Below are positions 25,141 through 40,536 of a stretch of 64,000 bases of DNA, piece by piece. The translations under genes were made by a program, and so were the position numbers. The stretch's first letter is position 1. The number at the start of each line of letters is the position of its first letter. The stretch lies in NCBI RefSeq assembly GCF_009914755.1, contig NC_060928.1. One strand, given 5' to 3'. The notes beneath the pieces are model-generated. The model saw only the letters and a list, made by a program, of their open reading frames with translations. It was not told the origin of the DNA and made no database searches. Origin of the DNA: the human T2T-CHM13v2.0 reference genome, Homo sapiens.

Positions 25141-26026
25141 TGTCAGATTAATTGTGATGCCACTGTAATGCCATTTCTAGTCAGAATAAAACTCACCTTT
25201 TCTTGATGTTTGGTTTATAACATTTGACAAACACACACATTCATGTACTCACCACTACAAAGGAGATGTAGAACCCTAAAAAGTTCTTGAATGATCTGTC
25301 GGAGTCATTCCCCTTCATCTCTGCAAGTCCATTGCAGTAACTGATATATTTTTATATGTCCATCGTTTTCATTCTCCAGGATGTCATGTAATCAGAATCA
25401 TCAGGACCATATTGTAGCTCTAAATCTGGCTTCTGTTTAATGCAGTGCATTTGAGATGCATCCATTTTTTTTTCATGTATTCTTTGCTTGCTAAATCCGA
25501 TTACCTTATATGGATTTACCATATTCTGTTTATTCCCTACTTGATAGATATCTGGGTTGTGTCTGGTTTTTGGCAATTATAAATGAGCACTTTCACATAC
25601 ATTATTTGTTTTTGTTTGAACATATATTTTCATTTTTCCCTGATAAATACTTAAATGCAGTAGAATTAATAGGGAATATTATACATCTGTGTTCATAAGA
25701 AAATACCAAACTGTTTTCCTAAGTTGTTATACCATTTTTCATTCTCACTAACCACGAGAGTTCATGTTGCTTTATATTTTTATATTATACCATTTTTACA
25801 TTCTCACTAGCCATGAATGAGAGCTCGTGTTGCTTTAAATCAGCTTGGTATTGCCAATTTATTTCATATATTAGAATTGACTTTAAATATTAGAATTGGT
25901 ATATTGTGCTAACCCAAAGTTATACAAGTTATACAGATTATATTCTTTTTTTCTAAGTGTTTTATAGTTTAAAGTTATATATTTATATCTATGATTAATT
26001 TTGAGTTTATTTTTTATATGGTGTGA

Positions 26027-26302
<276 letters not shown>

Positions 26303-26412
26303 TGAAAAGTCTAACAATTTTCCACTATATTGTCTTGTATTTGTTGAAAATAAATTGACCAGATATAAGTAGGTCAATTGAATCCCATTGATCGTACATT
26401 TAGTCTTTAATT

Positions 26413-26720
26413 CAGAGCTTAGCAAAACCTGCCCCATTGCCTCTTTTTATGTGATCCAAAATTTAAAAATTTCTTTTACATTTTTAAATAATAAGAAAAT
26501 CAAATGATGAATAATATTTTATGACACTTGAAAATTGTGTGAAATTCAAACTTTAGTTTCTATAAAGTTTGATTAGAACATACTCATGCTTATTGGTTTA
26601 TATATTGTTTATGGGTGCTTTCACATTAAATAGCACTAGAATTGTGACAGAAAACCTATGGCCCACGTAGCTAAAATATTTACTCTCTGGTATATCAATA
26701 AAATATTTACCAACTCCTAT
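26413..26720. mobile_element. MER58B-like hAT MITE
   Basis: 'tgaaattcaaactttagt...ctatggcccacgtagctaaaatatttactctctgg'. Confidence 0.7.
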
Positions 26721-26741
26721 TTTCAATGATACCACACATTC

Positions 26742-27047
26742 TTTTTTTTTTTTTTTCTTTATCTTGAGACAGAGTCTTGTTCTGTCACCCAGGCTGGAGT
26801 GAGGTGGTGCAATCTTGGCTCACTGCAAACTCCGCCTCCCGGGTTCAAGCGATTCTCCTGCCTCAGCCTCCTGCGTAGCTGGGATTACAGGCGCCTGCCA
26901 CCATGCCCAGCTAATTTATGTCATTTTAGTAGAGATGGGGTTTTGCCATCTTGGCCAGGCTGGTCTTGAAGTCCTGACCTCAGGTGATCCACTCGCCTTG
27001 GCCTCCCAAAGTGCTGGGATTACAGGCATGAGCCACCACACGTGGTC
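26742..27047 (-). mobile_element. AluSx-like, full length
   Basis: 'cctgacctcaggtgatcc'; TSD cacattctt at 26735-26743 and 27048-27056. Confidence 0.93.
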
Positions 27048-27720
27048 CACATTCTTGATTGCTGTAACTTTACAATCAGTTTTTGAAATCCAGTAGTGTG
27101 AGTTCTCTGTCTTTGTTCTTTATCAGAGTTGTTTTAACTATTTTACTTTTATTTTCCGTATAAATTAAAGTTAGTCAATTAAATATGTATATTTAATTGA
27201 CATTTATATAAATTTATGTAGTTTTATATAAATTTATATAGTTATATATAAATTTATTTATATATCAGTGGGAATATTGATTCTGAATGTGCTGAATCTG
27301 TGGATCAATTTGGGTAGACTGACATATGAACAATATTGAATCTTTCAACCCATGAGCATGGTGTAGTTCTCTATTTCCTTAGATCAACATTGTTTACTTT
27401 CATTAGCATTTGTACTTCTCAGTACAAATGTAAATCTTACATATATTTTCATTAAGTTTTTCCTAATAAGAGCTGATGCTTTGATGCTATTGTAAATAGT
27501 GCTGTTTTGTAAATTTCAATTTTCATTTGATCACTGCTAGTATAGAGAAATACAATTGATTTTTCTATATTAATCTGGTGTCCTATGACCTTGCTAAAAT
27601 CATTTATTACTGCCAGTAGCTTTTTTTGTAGATTCTTTGGGATTTTCTATGTAGACAATCATTTTGTCTGCAAAGAGAAATAGGATAATTTATTTCTTTT
27701 CATTTGGTATGGCTTTTATC

Positions 27721-29505
27721 TTTTTTTTTCTTTTTTAATTTTTTACTTTAAGTTGAAGGATACATGTGCAGAACATGCAGGTTTGTTACATAGGTATACA
27801 TGTGCTGTGGTTGCTTGTGGCACCTATCAACCCATCACCTAGGTTTTAAGCCCTGCATGCATTAGCTATTTGTCCTGATGCTCTCCTCCCTCTCCCCCCA
27901 TCCCCCAACAGGCCCTGGTGTGTGTTATTCCCCTTACTGTGTCCATGTGTTCTCATTGTTCAACTACCACTGATGAGTGAGAACATACAGTGTTTGGTTT
28001 TCTGTTCCTGTGTTAGTTTGCTGAGGATGATGGCCTCCAGCTTCATCCATGTCCCTGCAAAGGACATGTTCTCCTTCCTTTTTATGGCTGTATAGTATTC
28101 CATGATGTATATGTACCATAGTGTCTTTATCCAGTCTATCATGGATGGGCATTTGAATTGTTTCTGTGTCTTTGCTATTGTAAATAGTGCTGTGATAAAC
28201 ATACGTGTGCATGTGTCTTTATAGTAGAATGATTTATATTGGGTATATACCCAGTATTGAGATTACTGCATCAAATGGTATTTCTGGTTCTAGATTCTTG
28301 AGGAATCGTCACACTGTCTTCCACAATGGTTGAACTAATTTATATTCCCACCAGCAGTCTAAAAACATTTCCTGTTTCTCCACCGCCTCGCCAGCAACTA
28401 TTGTTTCTTGACTTTTTAATAATCACCATTCTGACTGGCATGAGATGGTATCTCATTGTGGTATTGATTTGCATTTCTCTAATGATCAGTGATGTTGAGC
28501 TTTTTTTCATATGTTTTTGACAACATAAATGTCTTTTTTTATTTTTGAGAAGTGTCTGTTCATGTCCTTTGCCCACTTTTTGATGGGGTTGTTTTTTTTT
28601 CTTGTAAATTTGTTTAAGTTCCTTGTAGATTCTGGATATTAGACCTTTTCAGATGGGTAGATGGCAAAAATTTTCTCTCATTCTGTAGGTTTCTTATTCA
28701 CTCTGATGCTAGTTTATTTTGCTGTGCAGAAGCTCTTTAGCTTAATTACATCCCATTTGTCTATTTTGGCTTCTGTTGGAATTGCTTTTGGTGTTTCCAT
28801 CATGAATTCTTTGCCCATGCCTATGTCCTGAATGGTATTGCCCAGATTTTCTTCTAGGGGTTTTATGGTTTTGGGTTTTACATTAAGTCTTTAATCTATC
28901 TTGAGTTAATTTTTCCGTAAGGAGTAAAGAAGGAGTCCAGTTTCAGTTTTCTGCATATGGCTAGTCAGTTTTCCCAGAACCATGTACTGAATAGGAGATC
29001 CTTTCCCCATTGCTTGCTTTTGTCAGGTTTGTGAAAGACCAGATGGTTGTAGATGTGTGGTGTTATTTCTGAGGTCTCTGTTTTGTTCCATTGGTCTGCA
29101 TGTCCAACTGTAGCCATGTAGTATAGTTTGAAGTCAGGTATCATGATGCCTTCAGCTTTGTTCTTTTTGCTTAGAATTATCTTGGCTATATGAACTCCTT
29201 CTTGGTTCCATATGAATTTTAAAGTAGTTTTTTCTAATACTGTGAAGAATGTCAAAGGTAGTTTGATGAGAACAATGTTGAATCTATAAATTACTTTGGG
29301 CAGTATGGCCATTTTCATGATATTGAATCTTCCCATCCATGAGGATGGAATGTTTTTCTATTTGTTTGTGTCTTCTCTTATTTCCTTGAGCAGTGGTTTG
29401 TAGTTCTCTTTGAAGAGGTCCTTTATGTCCTTTGTTGGCAGTATTCCTAGGTATTTTATTCCCGTTGCAGCAATTGTGAGTGGGAGCTTCTTCATGATTT
29501 GGCTC
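27721..29505 (-). mobile_element. 5'-truncated L1PA (L1PA8A-L1PA10-like)
   Basis: 3' UTR 'ttttaagccctgcatgcattagctatttgtcctgatgc'; ORF2 peptides [12 protein letters not shown] and [10 protein letters not shown] in the ORF track. Confidence 0.9.
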
Positions 29506-29859
29506 CTTTTGAATTATTTCATTTGGTAAAAACATCAGTAGGATGTTGAATAGGAATTGAGAGACCAGTCATCCTTGTACTGTTTCAGTGTTACAGGGAA
29601 AACAGTCAGTCTTTCACATTAAGAATGTTCTTAGCTAGAGAGTTTGTAGGTGCTTTTCATCAGATTGATAAAGGTTGCTTAATATCTAGTTTTCTGGAGG
29701 CTTTTAACATAAATGGATGTTGAATTTTATGAAATATTTTGTCTATTTCTTGAGATCATATTTTATATATAGTCTTAATATGAAAAATTACATTGATTAT
29801 CAAGTGTTAAAACAAACTTACATTTCTTGGTAAAACCAACTTGGTCATAAGTTTTATCA

Positions 29860-30031
29860 GATTTAAGGTCTGTGTTGATGTTAATGAAGGAGGGTATAAT
29901 GAGGCATGGCTGATGCCCACTTCAGGGCATGGCCTGAACCAGTATTTCAGGTTAAATTTTAGAGTGTCCTGACTGAGGAGGAAGTTCATTCCAATGGTTG
30001 GGGAGCCTTAGAATTTTATTTTTGGTTTGCA
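29860..30031 (-). mobile_element. MER4-family ERV1 LTR, 5' fragment
   Basis: 'ccttagaattttatttttggtttgca' is the reverse of the MER4 start TGTAAACCAAAAATAAAATTCTAAGG. Confidence 0.75.
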
Positions 30032-30709
30032 CTTTTCAAACACTCCTCTCCTCCAATAACATCATTTCTGAACTTCTTTTGATTAACGGTTTCTTTCAAA
30101 GCTTCTATTATTTTCTCAATTTCTTTAAGTGTCTTTAAAATAGTTCGCAGATAAAAATCTGTTTTATAGATATATATTCTGGCAGAATTTCATTGTCTGT
30201 ACAGACTTTGTTCTGCTCCTTGTATTTTCTTTTTCTTACAATTTCTTCATATAGAATTCTTTTATGTTTCTCATTTTACATAAAATTACTTTTCCAGTAC
30301 TTTTTAAAGGAAGACAGTGGGATAGAATAGCTGTTTTAAGGTTTACTGCCCTAGAGCGTCTTCTTTTGCTGTTATTTTTGTTGTTTATATTTTGATATAA
30401 TAAAAAATGGCTTTATACTTTCTGATGGTATCTTCCAATATTTTGGGGGTATTCTCTTTTCTTTGTCCCTATTTGGCCTGTTTTGCTCAATTTGTATTCT
30501 TCCTTCAGCAATTATTTCTTAGCATATGGCTTTCTTCTAGTATGGAGCTTCAAGTCATTAGTTTAGAGTATACACAGGTCTCAGACCACTCCAACGCATT
30601 ACTGTAGAACGCTTACTTCACCCCTGTGTTGAAGTCTATGGAGCACACTTCCCGTATTGGTTACTGTACTCAGACTTCCCAATGATTGCTTTTGGTGACT
30701 CAGTGAAGC

Positions 30710-31143
30710 ACTGTTTAAATTCCTCTTCAGGAATGAAAGATTTATTCTTTCAGCTGCTGAAAGTATTGCTAAAAGATGGGCCTCCATCTGTTAGGACTGA
30801 CTGTGGGGATTGCCACAGCTAAAATAATCTTACTCACCCAAGGTCATAAAGCTTTGTAGGATTAGCTCATACTTAATGGCTAATCAATGTGGAAAAATAA
30901 TAACGTCCAGGCAACCTTGCCCAATCTTAGAACAACTGTAATTATCTATTCCAACTCCAGAGCTCCCAGGAGATTTGCTGAAGCCCTCTTTAGAACTGTA
31001 TTACAGCTCCACTCCCTCTGCCCAGTGCTACTTCTCTTCCCTCCCTTCCACAGGCATGGATCCCAAAAGCACTTCCTAAAAAAAGCCTGTTATGCAAATA
31101 TCCCTCTCATTGTCTTTTTTTCCTGGTAATGCAAACTGCAACA
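30710..31143 (+). mobile_element. LTR16-like ERVL solo LTR
   Basis: 'tcacccaaggtca', 'ccaactccagagctcccaggag...gctgaagcc', 'ccctctgcccagtgc'; ends 'actgcaaca'. Confidence 0.7.
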
Positions 31144-31624
31144 ATACCTGTGGCAATTTTGCAGCTCTTCTCTTTTGAAGCTTCCAGGTGCCCCATTTTT
31201 CTCTCTTCTTTCTATGACACAGATGCTAGTGTCACATGAGTCTCTTTCTACCACACAGATGCTGTGTCGCATGAGTCTCACAGCTGTTGGTTGTTTGTCC
31301 ACACCTGCTTACATTTTGGGGATTTATGGGGCTATCCAATCACCCAGTTTTATTGAAAGTTGTCCATTCGTGTTTGTTTAGGTATTTTAGTTGCTCTCCT
31401 TGTTTTATTTGCGGATGGGGAGATTTAGATTCTGGGCCGTCTAAAAACTATATTGCCTCTACTGCTATTTTTTTCCACAGCATTATTTCTCACTGAACAA
31501 TACTTTTGAAAGTATGTTTATAAAAAGAAGGGTGAAAATGAGGTGATGTCCTCAAGAGGAAGCAGACTTAGAAGACATTTTTGGGTTAAGGAATAGCCAT
31601 TAACTGTATTCCTTACTTAATGCT

Positions 31625-31860
31625 GGATTTGGTGCTAAGGAGATATAGAAATATCACTGAATATGCAATCATAAGACCTGAGTTCATGTTCTGGTTTTGC
31701 TAGGTGACTTATAACCCAGTTAGCAAATTGCTAATTCCAATTAAATATACATTTCACTATCTGTGAAACGGAAATATTAATACCATCTTTGCCTCTACCA
31801 CAGAATTGTGAGGCTAAGAATGCAGTATTTCAAGTGGAAACCCTAAATAAACATGAAATA
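31625..31860 (+). mobile_element. MIR
   Basis: 'agacctgagttcatgttctgg...atctgtgaaacgg...ccacagaattgtgagg'. Confidence 0.6.
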
Positions 31861-32935
31861 AGAGGAGCTTTCTGTATGAAAGTCATGTAGGATGTGCACA
31901 ATTTAACAAATAAAACCACTGATGAAACTGACACAAAGCCAATAAGACAAAACACTAACTGGCATGCATTAATTCCAGCAACATAATTTGTGATGTATTC
32001 CAAGTGGGATGAACGAAAATAGTTTGGGACTTTTCAGTTTTACCATCAAAGCCTCCAAAAGGTTCAAAGAAACATTTTTTAGAGGTTAGTCTATGAAAAG
32101 CATACTTGACTGATGCTGTTGATTTCAGAATGCAAATATATTTTTTTCGGCATAAGGAAAGAAGATGAATGAAGAACAAAAACAAAAGAGCCCATTTCTT
32201 CCGTAAATCTTTTAGTGATCTTGCAACAATGAGGACTTTTTCTCCTGGGGAGACAGGGTTTCTAGGAGGAAATATGAAAAGAAAAATTAAAAGGAAGGAA
32301 AAGTAACACAAAACAAAATAACCTTAGGGCTCTGAGATATGCCTTCATTTTTGGCTCTGTTTTATTTCTTAATTGTTGTTTATTTCTTTTTTTTTCCACA
32401 GTCAATTTTCTGGGAAAAGACAGAGCTTTTTACAATGTAGGCACTCAGTCTCGATCAATATTTATTGTAGCATGTGTGGTTGCAAACATTTTTGCATAGC
32501 AATTTTGCAAATGATTTTTTAAAATAACCCATGGTTAGGTAACCAAAGGCAGGATTTTGAGGCAAAATAAATAATTTTACTAAGGAATATTGGTGAAAAT
32601 CATACAAAAATAACCCCTCCAAATCATGGGGTTTGATACTATAGAACCACATATGATTTCTGATCATTATTTGGAACTATTAAGATTGAATGAATAGTCG
32701 ACTTTGAGGATTTTTATATATAATATTACCTGGAAACATTGTTTTCTTATACTAGAACTATTGCATTTACTCAGCAGGATCATCAATGCATAGCACAGTA
32801 GATATAACCTAACAAGGTGTCACAGGTAGCTAAGGCTACTGTAATTGGGATTAAGGCATAAGGGTTCAAGTACAGAAACAATAATATGTGTGGCTTGTTG
32901 GAAATACTGTGCCTATATAACAAAAAACAAAAGTG

Positions 32936-33245
<310 letters not shown>

Positions 33246-33549
33246 AAAAGTGACTATCCCCAAAAAAATCATAGAGAGAAGCAAGATATCACTCAGAGGA
33301 AGATAGAGCAGTCATGGTAATGCCTAAAGGGCTCTTTTTACTGCCCCTTTTTCTCATTTCCAAGAACACCAAAAGTCGAGGATGGGCAACAAAGTAAGAG
33401 AAATAATCTAGAACATAGAAGTGAGGACATGCTACAGAATTAATCTAACTAAGTCAATAGGCTCAAAAGACTTTCATATGATCCTCAGTGGAGAAGTAGA
33501 GGAAAAATAAGGTCCCAAGAAAAGGAAACTCTTCAGCAAAAAATTAAAA

Positions 33550-34360
33550 ACATACCTTAGCTTTAGATGATTTTGAGTTCAGGTGTCTAGTCTGTGACAG
33601 ATAAATTATATATCTGATATTTATTTTAAAGTCTTGAAGTTGATATCAGAGAAACATTGGCAATGATTAGCCAAGAATTCTGGGGAAACAGATTCTTGAA
33701 GACTTGGTGAGCAAATTTTTTTTTTTAATTTTTAAAAAGGTGACCACACAGATATCAAATATTCAGTGCTAGTGATTTGAAACAAGTATTTAGCACAATG
33801 CTTATCACAAAATAAATGAGAAATAAAAATTTATTGAATTATTAAACAAATCAATACCTGATAAAAGGCAGGAGCCATTAAAACACAGCACTGGTTCATA
33901 CAGAAACTAAACCTACTAGAATTTTTGACAGGTATTTTAGACTCAGAAATAGATACACATTTTTTAACCTGGATTTAAGAAGCCATTTCCAAAAAATCTC
34001 ATGAGTCCATCATGTTCAAGATCTAGAAATGTGCATTAAGTGACAGTGTAATAATTGGTTTCATGGGGGATTGCATAAATCATAAGGTAAGAATTAATGA
34101 ATCAAAGTAAAATTGACAGAGTTCCCTAGTAATGCATCTGATGGTCTTGTCTTTAACCCTGCAGTATTCAACATTTTAATTAAACCCAGAAATGGTTATA
34201 GGAACATAGATAGTCACTGATGTCATGCAACAAGGACTATTAAGTATCCCGCATGATAGAATCAAGATTCTCCAAGGTCCTGATGGTGACTTTCAAGCTA
34301 ACAAAAAGAAAAAGAAATCATTCACATTTAATTTTTTTAATGTAAATAAGAATTCCTGAG
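33550..34360 (+). mobile_element. L3/CR1 LINE reverse-transcriptase remnant
   Basis: 'cctggatttaagaagccatttcca' (LDFSKAFD-like) and 'aaccctgcagtattcaacattttaattaaa' (GPVLFNIFIN-like); very decayed. Confidence 0.6.
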
Positions 34361-35171
34361 TTTAAGTTGGATCTCTTCATGCTCCTATATCTTATCTACC
34401 TCCTTCAGATGCCCAAGAAATGGAGCATAAACATAAGGAAAACTTGGACCTGTGTGTACTTCTCATTAATACATAAAATATGATCTGTTCTTGGTCACTG
34501 TTTTCAGGCTCATATTGAATTTTTCTTTGTGTTAAGGAATATGGAATAGTCCTCTTCTATTTCCTCCTTTTCTTTTTCTTTTTAAATTGACACATTTTTA
34601 TCGTACTTAAAATACGAGGTAAAATTTGATGTTTTGATACATATATAATGATTCAATTAGGATAGTTAGTGTACCTATCACCTCATTCATTGTTGTTTAT
34701 TTGTGGTAAGAACATTCAAAAATTTCTCTTCTAGCTATTTTGTAATGTAAAACACTTTACTTTTAACAATAGTCACCCTACTGTGCTGCAGACCACCAGA
34801 AATGATTCGTCCTAATAGGAGCTTTGTACCTGTTGAACAGCCGTTCCCCGTTCTTCTTCCTCTGCCCCACTTCCCCATCTCTAGTAATCACTGTTCTGCA
34901 TTCTGCTTCTTTGATTTCAGACTAAAAAACATTTATTTTAGATTCCACATATGAGTGAGATGAGGTATTTGCCTTTCAGTGCCTAGCTTTTTTTCACTCA
35001 GATGGTATCTTCCGGATTCATTCATGTTGTTGCGTTACAGAATTTCCTTGCTTTATATGGCTAAAGTAGTCCATTGAGTATATATACCACTTTTTCTTTA
35101 TCCATGCATCCATTGTTGAACACTTAGGTTGATTCTATATCTTGGCCACTCTAAATAGTGCTGAAATAAAC

Positions 35172-36435
35172 TTTTTTATTTTTAATACTTGAGGGTACAT
35201 AGTAGATGTATATATTTATGTGGTACATGAGATATATTTATACAGGCATGCAATGTATAATAATCATGTAAGGGTAAATGAGATATCCATGACATCAAGC
35301 ATTTATCCTTTGTGTTACAAAAAAAATCCAATTATACACTTTTATCTATTCTGAAATGTACAATAAATTATTATTGACTGTAGTCACCCTGGTGTGCTAT
35401 CAAATATTAGATCTTGTTAATTCTATTCAACTATATTTTTGTACCCATTAAGCACCTCCACTTCCCCCAGTCCCCTACAAACACTACCGTTCCCAACCTT
35501 GGGTAACCATCATTCTACTCTCCATCTCCATGGGTTTGTTTTGATTTTTAGCTTCCATAAACAAATGAGAACATGTGAAGTTTGTCTTTCTGTTCCTGGC
35601 TTATTTCACTTAACATAACATCCTCCTGTTCTATGCGTGTTGTCTCAAATGACAGGAATTCATTTTATTTTTAATGGCTGAATAGTAGTCCATTGTTTCT
35701 ATGTACCACATTTGTTATCTATTACTTCTGGATTTATTTTTCAGATTATTCAGTGTTGGCATGTAGAAATGCTATTGATTTTTGTATGTTGATTTTGTAT
35801 TCTGCAACTTTACTTATTTGTTTATCTGTTCTAACAGGTTTTTTTGGTAGAGTCTTAAGTTTTCCCACATGTAAGATTACATCATCTGGCCAGGCGTGGT
35901 GGCTCACACCTATAATTCCAGCACTTTGGAGGCTGAGGCAGGTGGATCATGAGGTCAGGAGTTCATGACCAGCCTACCCATGGGCAGGGCCTGCTGAAAC
36001 TCAGAGCCCACTTGTTGGGATGGGTTATTCACTTCTGGCTAGGGCTTGTCTAAATTCTCCCTCAGTGGAAGGCAGCTGTGTCCTTCCCTGTGTTTCCTTC
36101 TACTGTGACAGGGCAGCACAGTGTTCTAATGGAAACTACCATAATCACTGCCCTCTCCCTTCTCCAGGTGAATAGATTCTCTCTCCACACCACATGGCTG
36201 CTGCCACGGAATGGGGATGGGGTGACATACGTGATTCAAGACTGTTTTTCCTACCCTCTTCAGTGCCTTTTTTCTTAATATAATGTTAAAACCAGGTACT
36301 GTGATGGCTCACCTGAACTTTGTTCCTTATGAAGGTATTTATTTGTGTGTGTAAATAGTTGTTAAATTTGGTATTCCTGCAGTGGAGACAATTGCTGAAG
36401 GCTTCTATTCAGCCATCATGCTCCACCTCCTCTGC
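35172..36435 (-). mobile_element. Collapsed L1MA2-like element (3' UTR, ORF2 piece, 5' UTR) nested in the older L1
   Basis: 'gggtacatagtagatgtatatatttatgtggtacatgagat' 3' UTR; 5' UTR 'aaaccaggtactgtgatggctcacctg...ttctattcagccatcatgctcc'. Confidence 0.75.
35888..35980 (+). mobile_element. Alu left-arm fragment
   Basis: 'ggccaggcgtggtggctcacacc...gaggtcaggagttcatgaccagcct', then an abrupt end. Confidence 0.9.
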
Positions 36436-38859
36436 TCCAGCTGCTTTCATTTTGAATTTATACACAGTAATGGGATTGCTTCATCATATGGTAGTTCTAT
36501 TTTTAATTTTTTGAAGAACCTTCATGCTGTATTCCATAATGGTTACACTGGTTTATAATCCCACCAACAATATGTAAATGCATCCTTTTCTCTACATCCT
36601 TGCCAACACATGGTTTCTTTTGTCTTTTTGATAATAACCATTCTACCTGGAGTGAGGTAATATCTCGTTGTGGTTTTGATTTGCAATTCTATGATGATTT
36701 GTGATGGTAATCTTTTTTTATACATCTTTGGCCATTTGTATGTCTCCTTTTGGGAAATGCCTATTAAGATATATTGGCCATATTTTAATTGACTTATTCT
36801 TTTTGCTGTTGAGTTTTTTAAGTTTTGTACATATTCAGAAAATTAAACCTTTGTCAGTTTCATAGTTTGAAAGATATTTTTTTCTATTCTATAGGTTCTC
36901 TTTCCTCTGTTGTTTCCTTTGCTGTATAAAATATTTTTAGTTTGATATAATCCCATTTGTTTAATTTTGTTTTTGTTGCCTTCCTTTTCATGTAAAATTT
37001 TAAAATTCTTTCCCAGTCCAATATTGTGAAACATTTCCCCTGTGATTTTTTTCTAAGACTTCTATAATTTCATGTCTTATAGTTAAGTCCTTAATTCATT
37101 TTTAACTGCTTCTTGTATGTAGTCAGAGGTAGGAGGCTAGTCTCACTATTCTGCATGTGTATATCCAATTTTCCCAGCACTACTTATTGAAAACACTATC
37201 TTGTCTTCAATATGTGTTCTTGGCTCCTTTGGCAAATATTAGTTGGCTATAAGTGCGTTCATTTATTTCCAGGCTCATTCATTTATTTCCAGGCTGTCTA
37301 TTGTATTCCATTGGTCTATGTGTCTGTATTTATGTCAGTGCCCTGATGCTTGGGTTACTGTAGTTTTGTAATATATTTGGAAGTCAGAGGTATGATATCT
37401 GCAGCTTTTTTCTTTCTGCTCAGGATTGCTTTGGCAATTCAGGCTCTTTTGTGTTTCTAAATGAATTTTTGTATTGTATTTTATATGTCTGCAAAAAATG
37501 CTATTGGTATTTTAATACACATTGTGTTAAATCTGTAGATTACTTTGGGTAATATGGTCATGTTAACAATGTTTTTCAATCCATAAACATGGGATTTTTC
37601 ATTTATTTGCATTCTCCTTAATTTCTATTATCAATGTTTTATATTTCTCCATGCACAGATCTTTCATCTCTTTATTTAAATTTATTCCTAAGTATCTTTG
37701 GGTTTTTTTTATAGTTATTGTAAACGGATTCGGTTTCTTGATTTATTTTTCACATAGTTCACTATTAACATATAAAAACACTACTGATTTTCTGTGTAGA
37801 TTTTGTATCTTGCGATTTTGCTAAATTTATTTATTAGTTCTAACAGTTTTTTGGTGGAATCTTTAGGATTTTGTATATATTAGATTATGTTATCTACAAA
37901 TGATAATTTGATATTCTCCTTTCCAATTTGGGTGCTCTTTATTACTTTCTCTTGCTTAATTGCTCTAAATTCTAGTACTATATGAAATAGAAGTCATATA
38001 GCTGAACACCTTTGTCTTGTTCCTAATGCTACAGGAAAAGCCTTCTGCTTTTTCCTATTCATTGTAATGTTATATGAGAGTTTGCCATCTATAGCCTTAA
38101 TTTTGTTGAGGTACATATCTTTCATACCTAGTTTGTTGAGAGTTTTTATCATAAAGCAATGTTGAATTTTGTCAAATACCTCTCTGCATCTATTAAAATG
38201 ATCATAAGGTTTTGTCTTTTTATCTATTAATGTGATGTATTACATTTCTTAATTTGCATATGTTGAACCATTGTTATATCTTTGGTATCAGTCCTACTTC
38301 ATTATAGTGAAAGCTGTTTTTAACGTGTTACTTAATTTGATTTGCTAGTATCTTGTTGATAAATTTTACATCTGTGTTTATCACGGTTACCATCTGTAGT
38401 TTTCTTTCTCTGTGTGTACCTGTCTAGTTTTGGAGGTGGAGTATTGCTGGTCTTGTAAAGCGAGTTTGGAAGTCTCTCCTTCTCCTCAATTTTATGGAAT
38501 AATTTAATAAGGATTGATATTAGTTCTTTAAATGTTTGGTAGAATTCAGCAGTGGAGCCATCCAGGTCCTGTGCTTTTCTTTGATGAAAGATTTTTAAAT
38601 TAGTGATTCAGTTGTCTCAATCATTATTGGTCTATTCACATTTTTTATTTCTTTATAATTTAATCTTGGTAGGTTTTATGTATCCAGCAATATATTCATC
38701 CCTTGTATGACATCAAATTTGTTGGTGTATAGTAGTAGATAGTTGTCTTTTATAGTCCTTTGTATTTCTGTGATATCCATCAGAATGTCTTCTTTTTCAC
38801 CTCTGATTTGAATTCTTTGCATCTTTATTTATTTATTTATTTATAGTTAGTCTAGCTAA

Positions 38860-39346
<487 letters not shown>

Positions 39347-39899
39347 TATTTTTGACGTAGGTGTTTATTGCTACAGACATCTTTTTTAGAATATTTTTTG
39401 GCTCATAGGTGTTGAGATAGCATGGTTTTGTTCTCTTTTGTTTAAAGAATTATTTTAAAATTTCCCTTTAATTTCTTCACTGACCCATTGGTTATTTAAG
39501 AGCATGTTGTTTCATTTCCAAGTATTTGTGTGAAACTTTCCAAAGCTTTTTGTGGTTGTTCATTTCTAGTTTTATAATATTGTGGTTAAAAAAACACTTG
39601 ATTTGATTTTTATCTTCTTAAATTCGTAATACTTCTTCTGTGGCCTTAGCATATCATTTAACTTGAAGAATATTTTTTGTATAGTTGAAAATAATACATA
39701 TTCTGAAGCTGCTGGATGGCGTGTTTTGTAAATATTTGTTAGATTCATTTGGTGCAGTTAAAGTCTGATGTTTGTTAACTTTTTTTGTCCATTGTAGAAA
39801 GTTGGGTATTGAAATTTCTTATTATTATTGTGTTATAGTCTATCCCTCCCTTTAGATCTAATAATATTTGTTTTATATAGTTCGGTGCACCAGTGTTGG

Positions 39900-39980
39900 G
39901 TGTGTGTATATATATATATACATATACATATATATATGTATATGTATATATATATATACACAGATATATGTATACACACC
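39900..39980. repeat. (TA)/(TG)/(CA) compound microsatellite
   Basis: Seen directly. Confidence 0.9.
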
Positions 39981-40047
39981 TGTTATTTTTGTTGTTGTTG
40001 AGTTGCTCCTTTTATCACTATACAATGAATTGCTTTGTCTCATTTAA

Positions 40048-40536
<489 letters not shown>

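Noticed and set aside
27180-27265. AT-rich quasi-palindromic segment
   Set aside because: Low-complexity (TA)-derived sequence; self-complementarity is expected by chance.
28965-29336. 123-aa ORF with L1 ORF2 motifs
   Set aside because: Fragment of a truncated, frameshifted L1PA.
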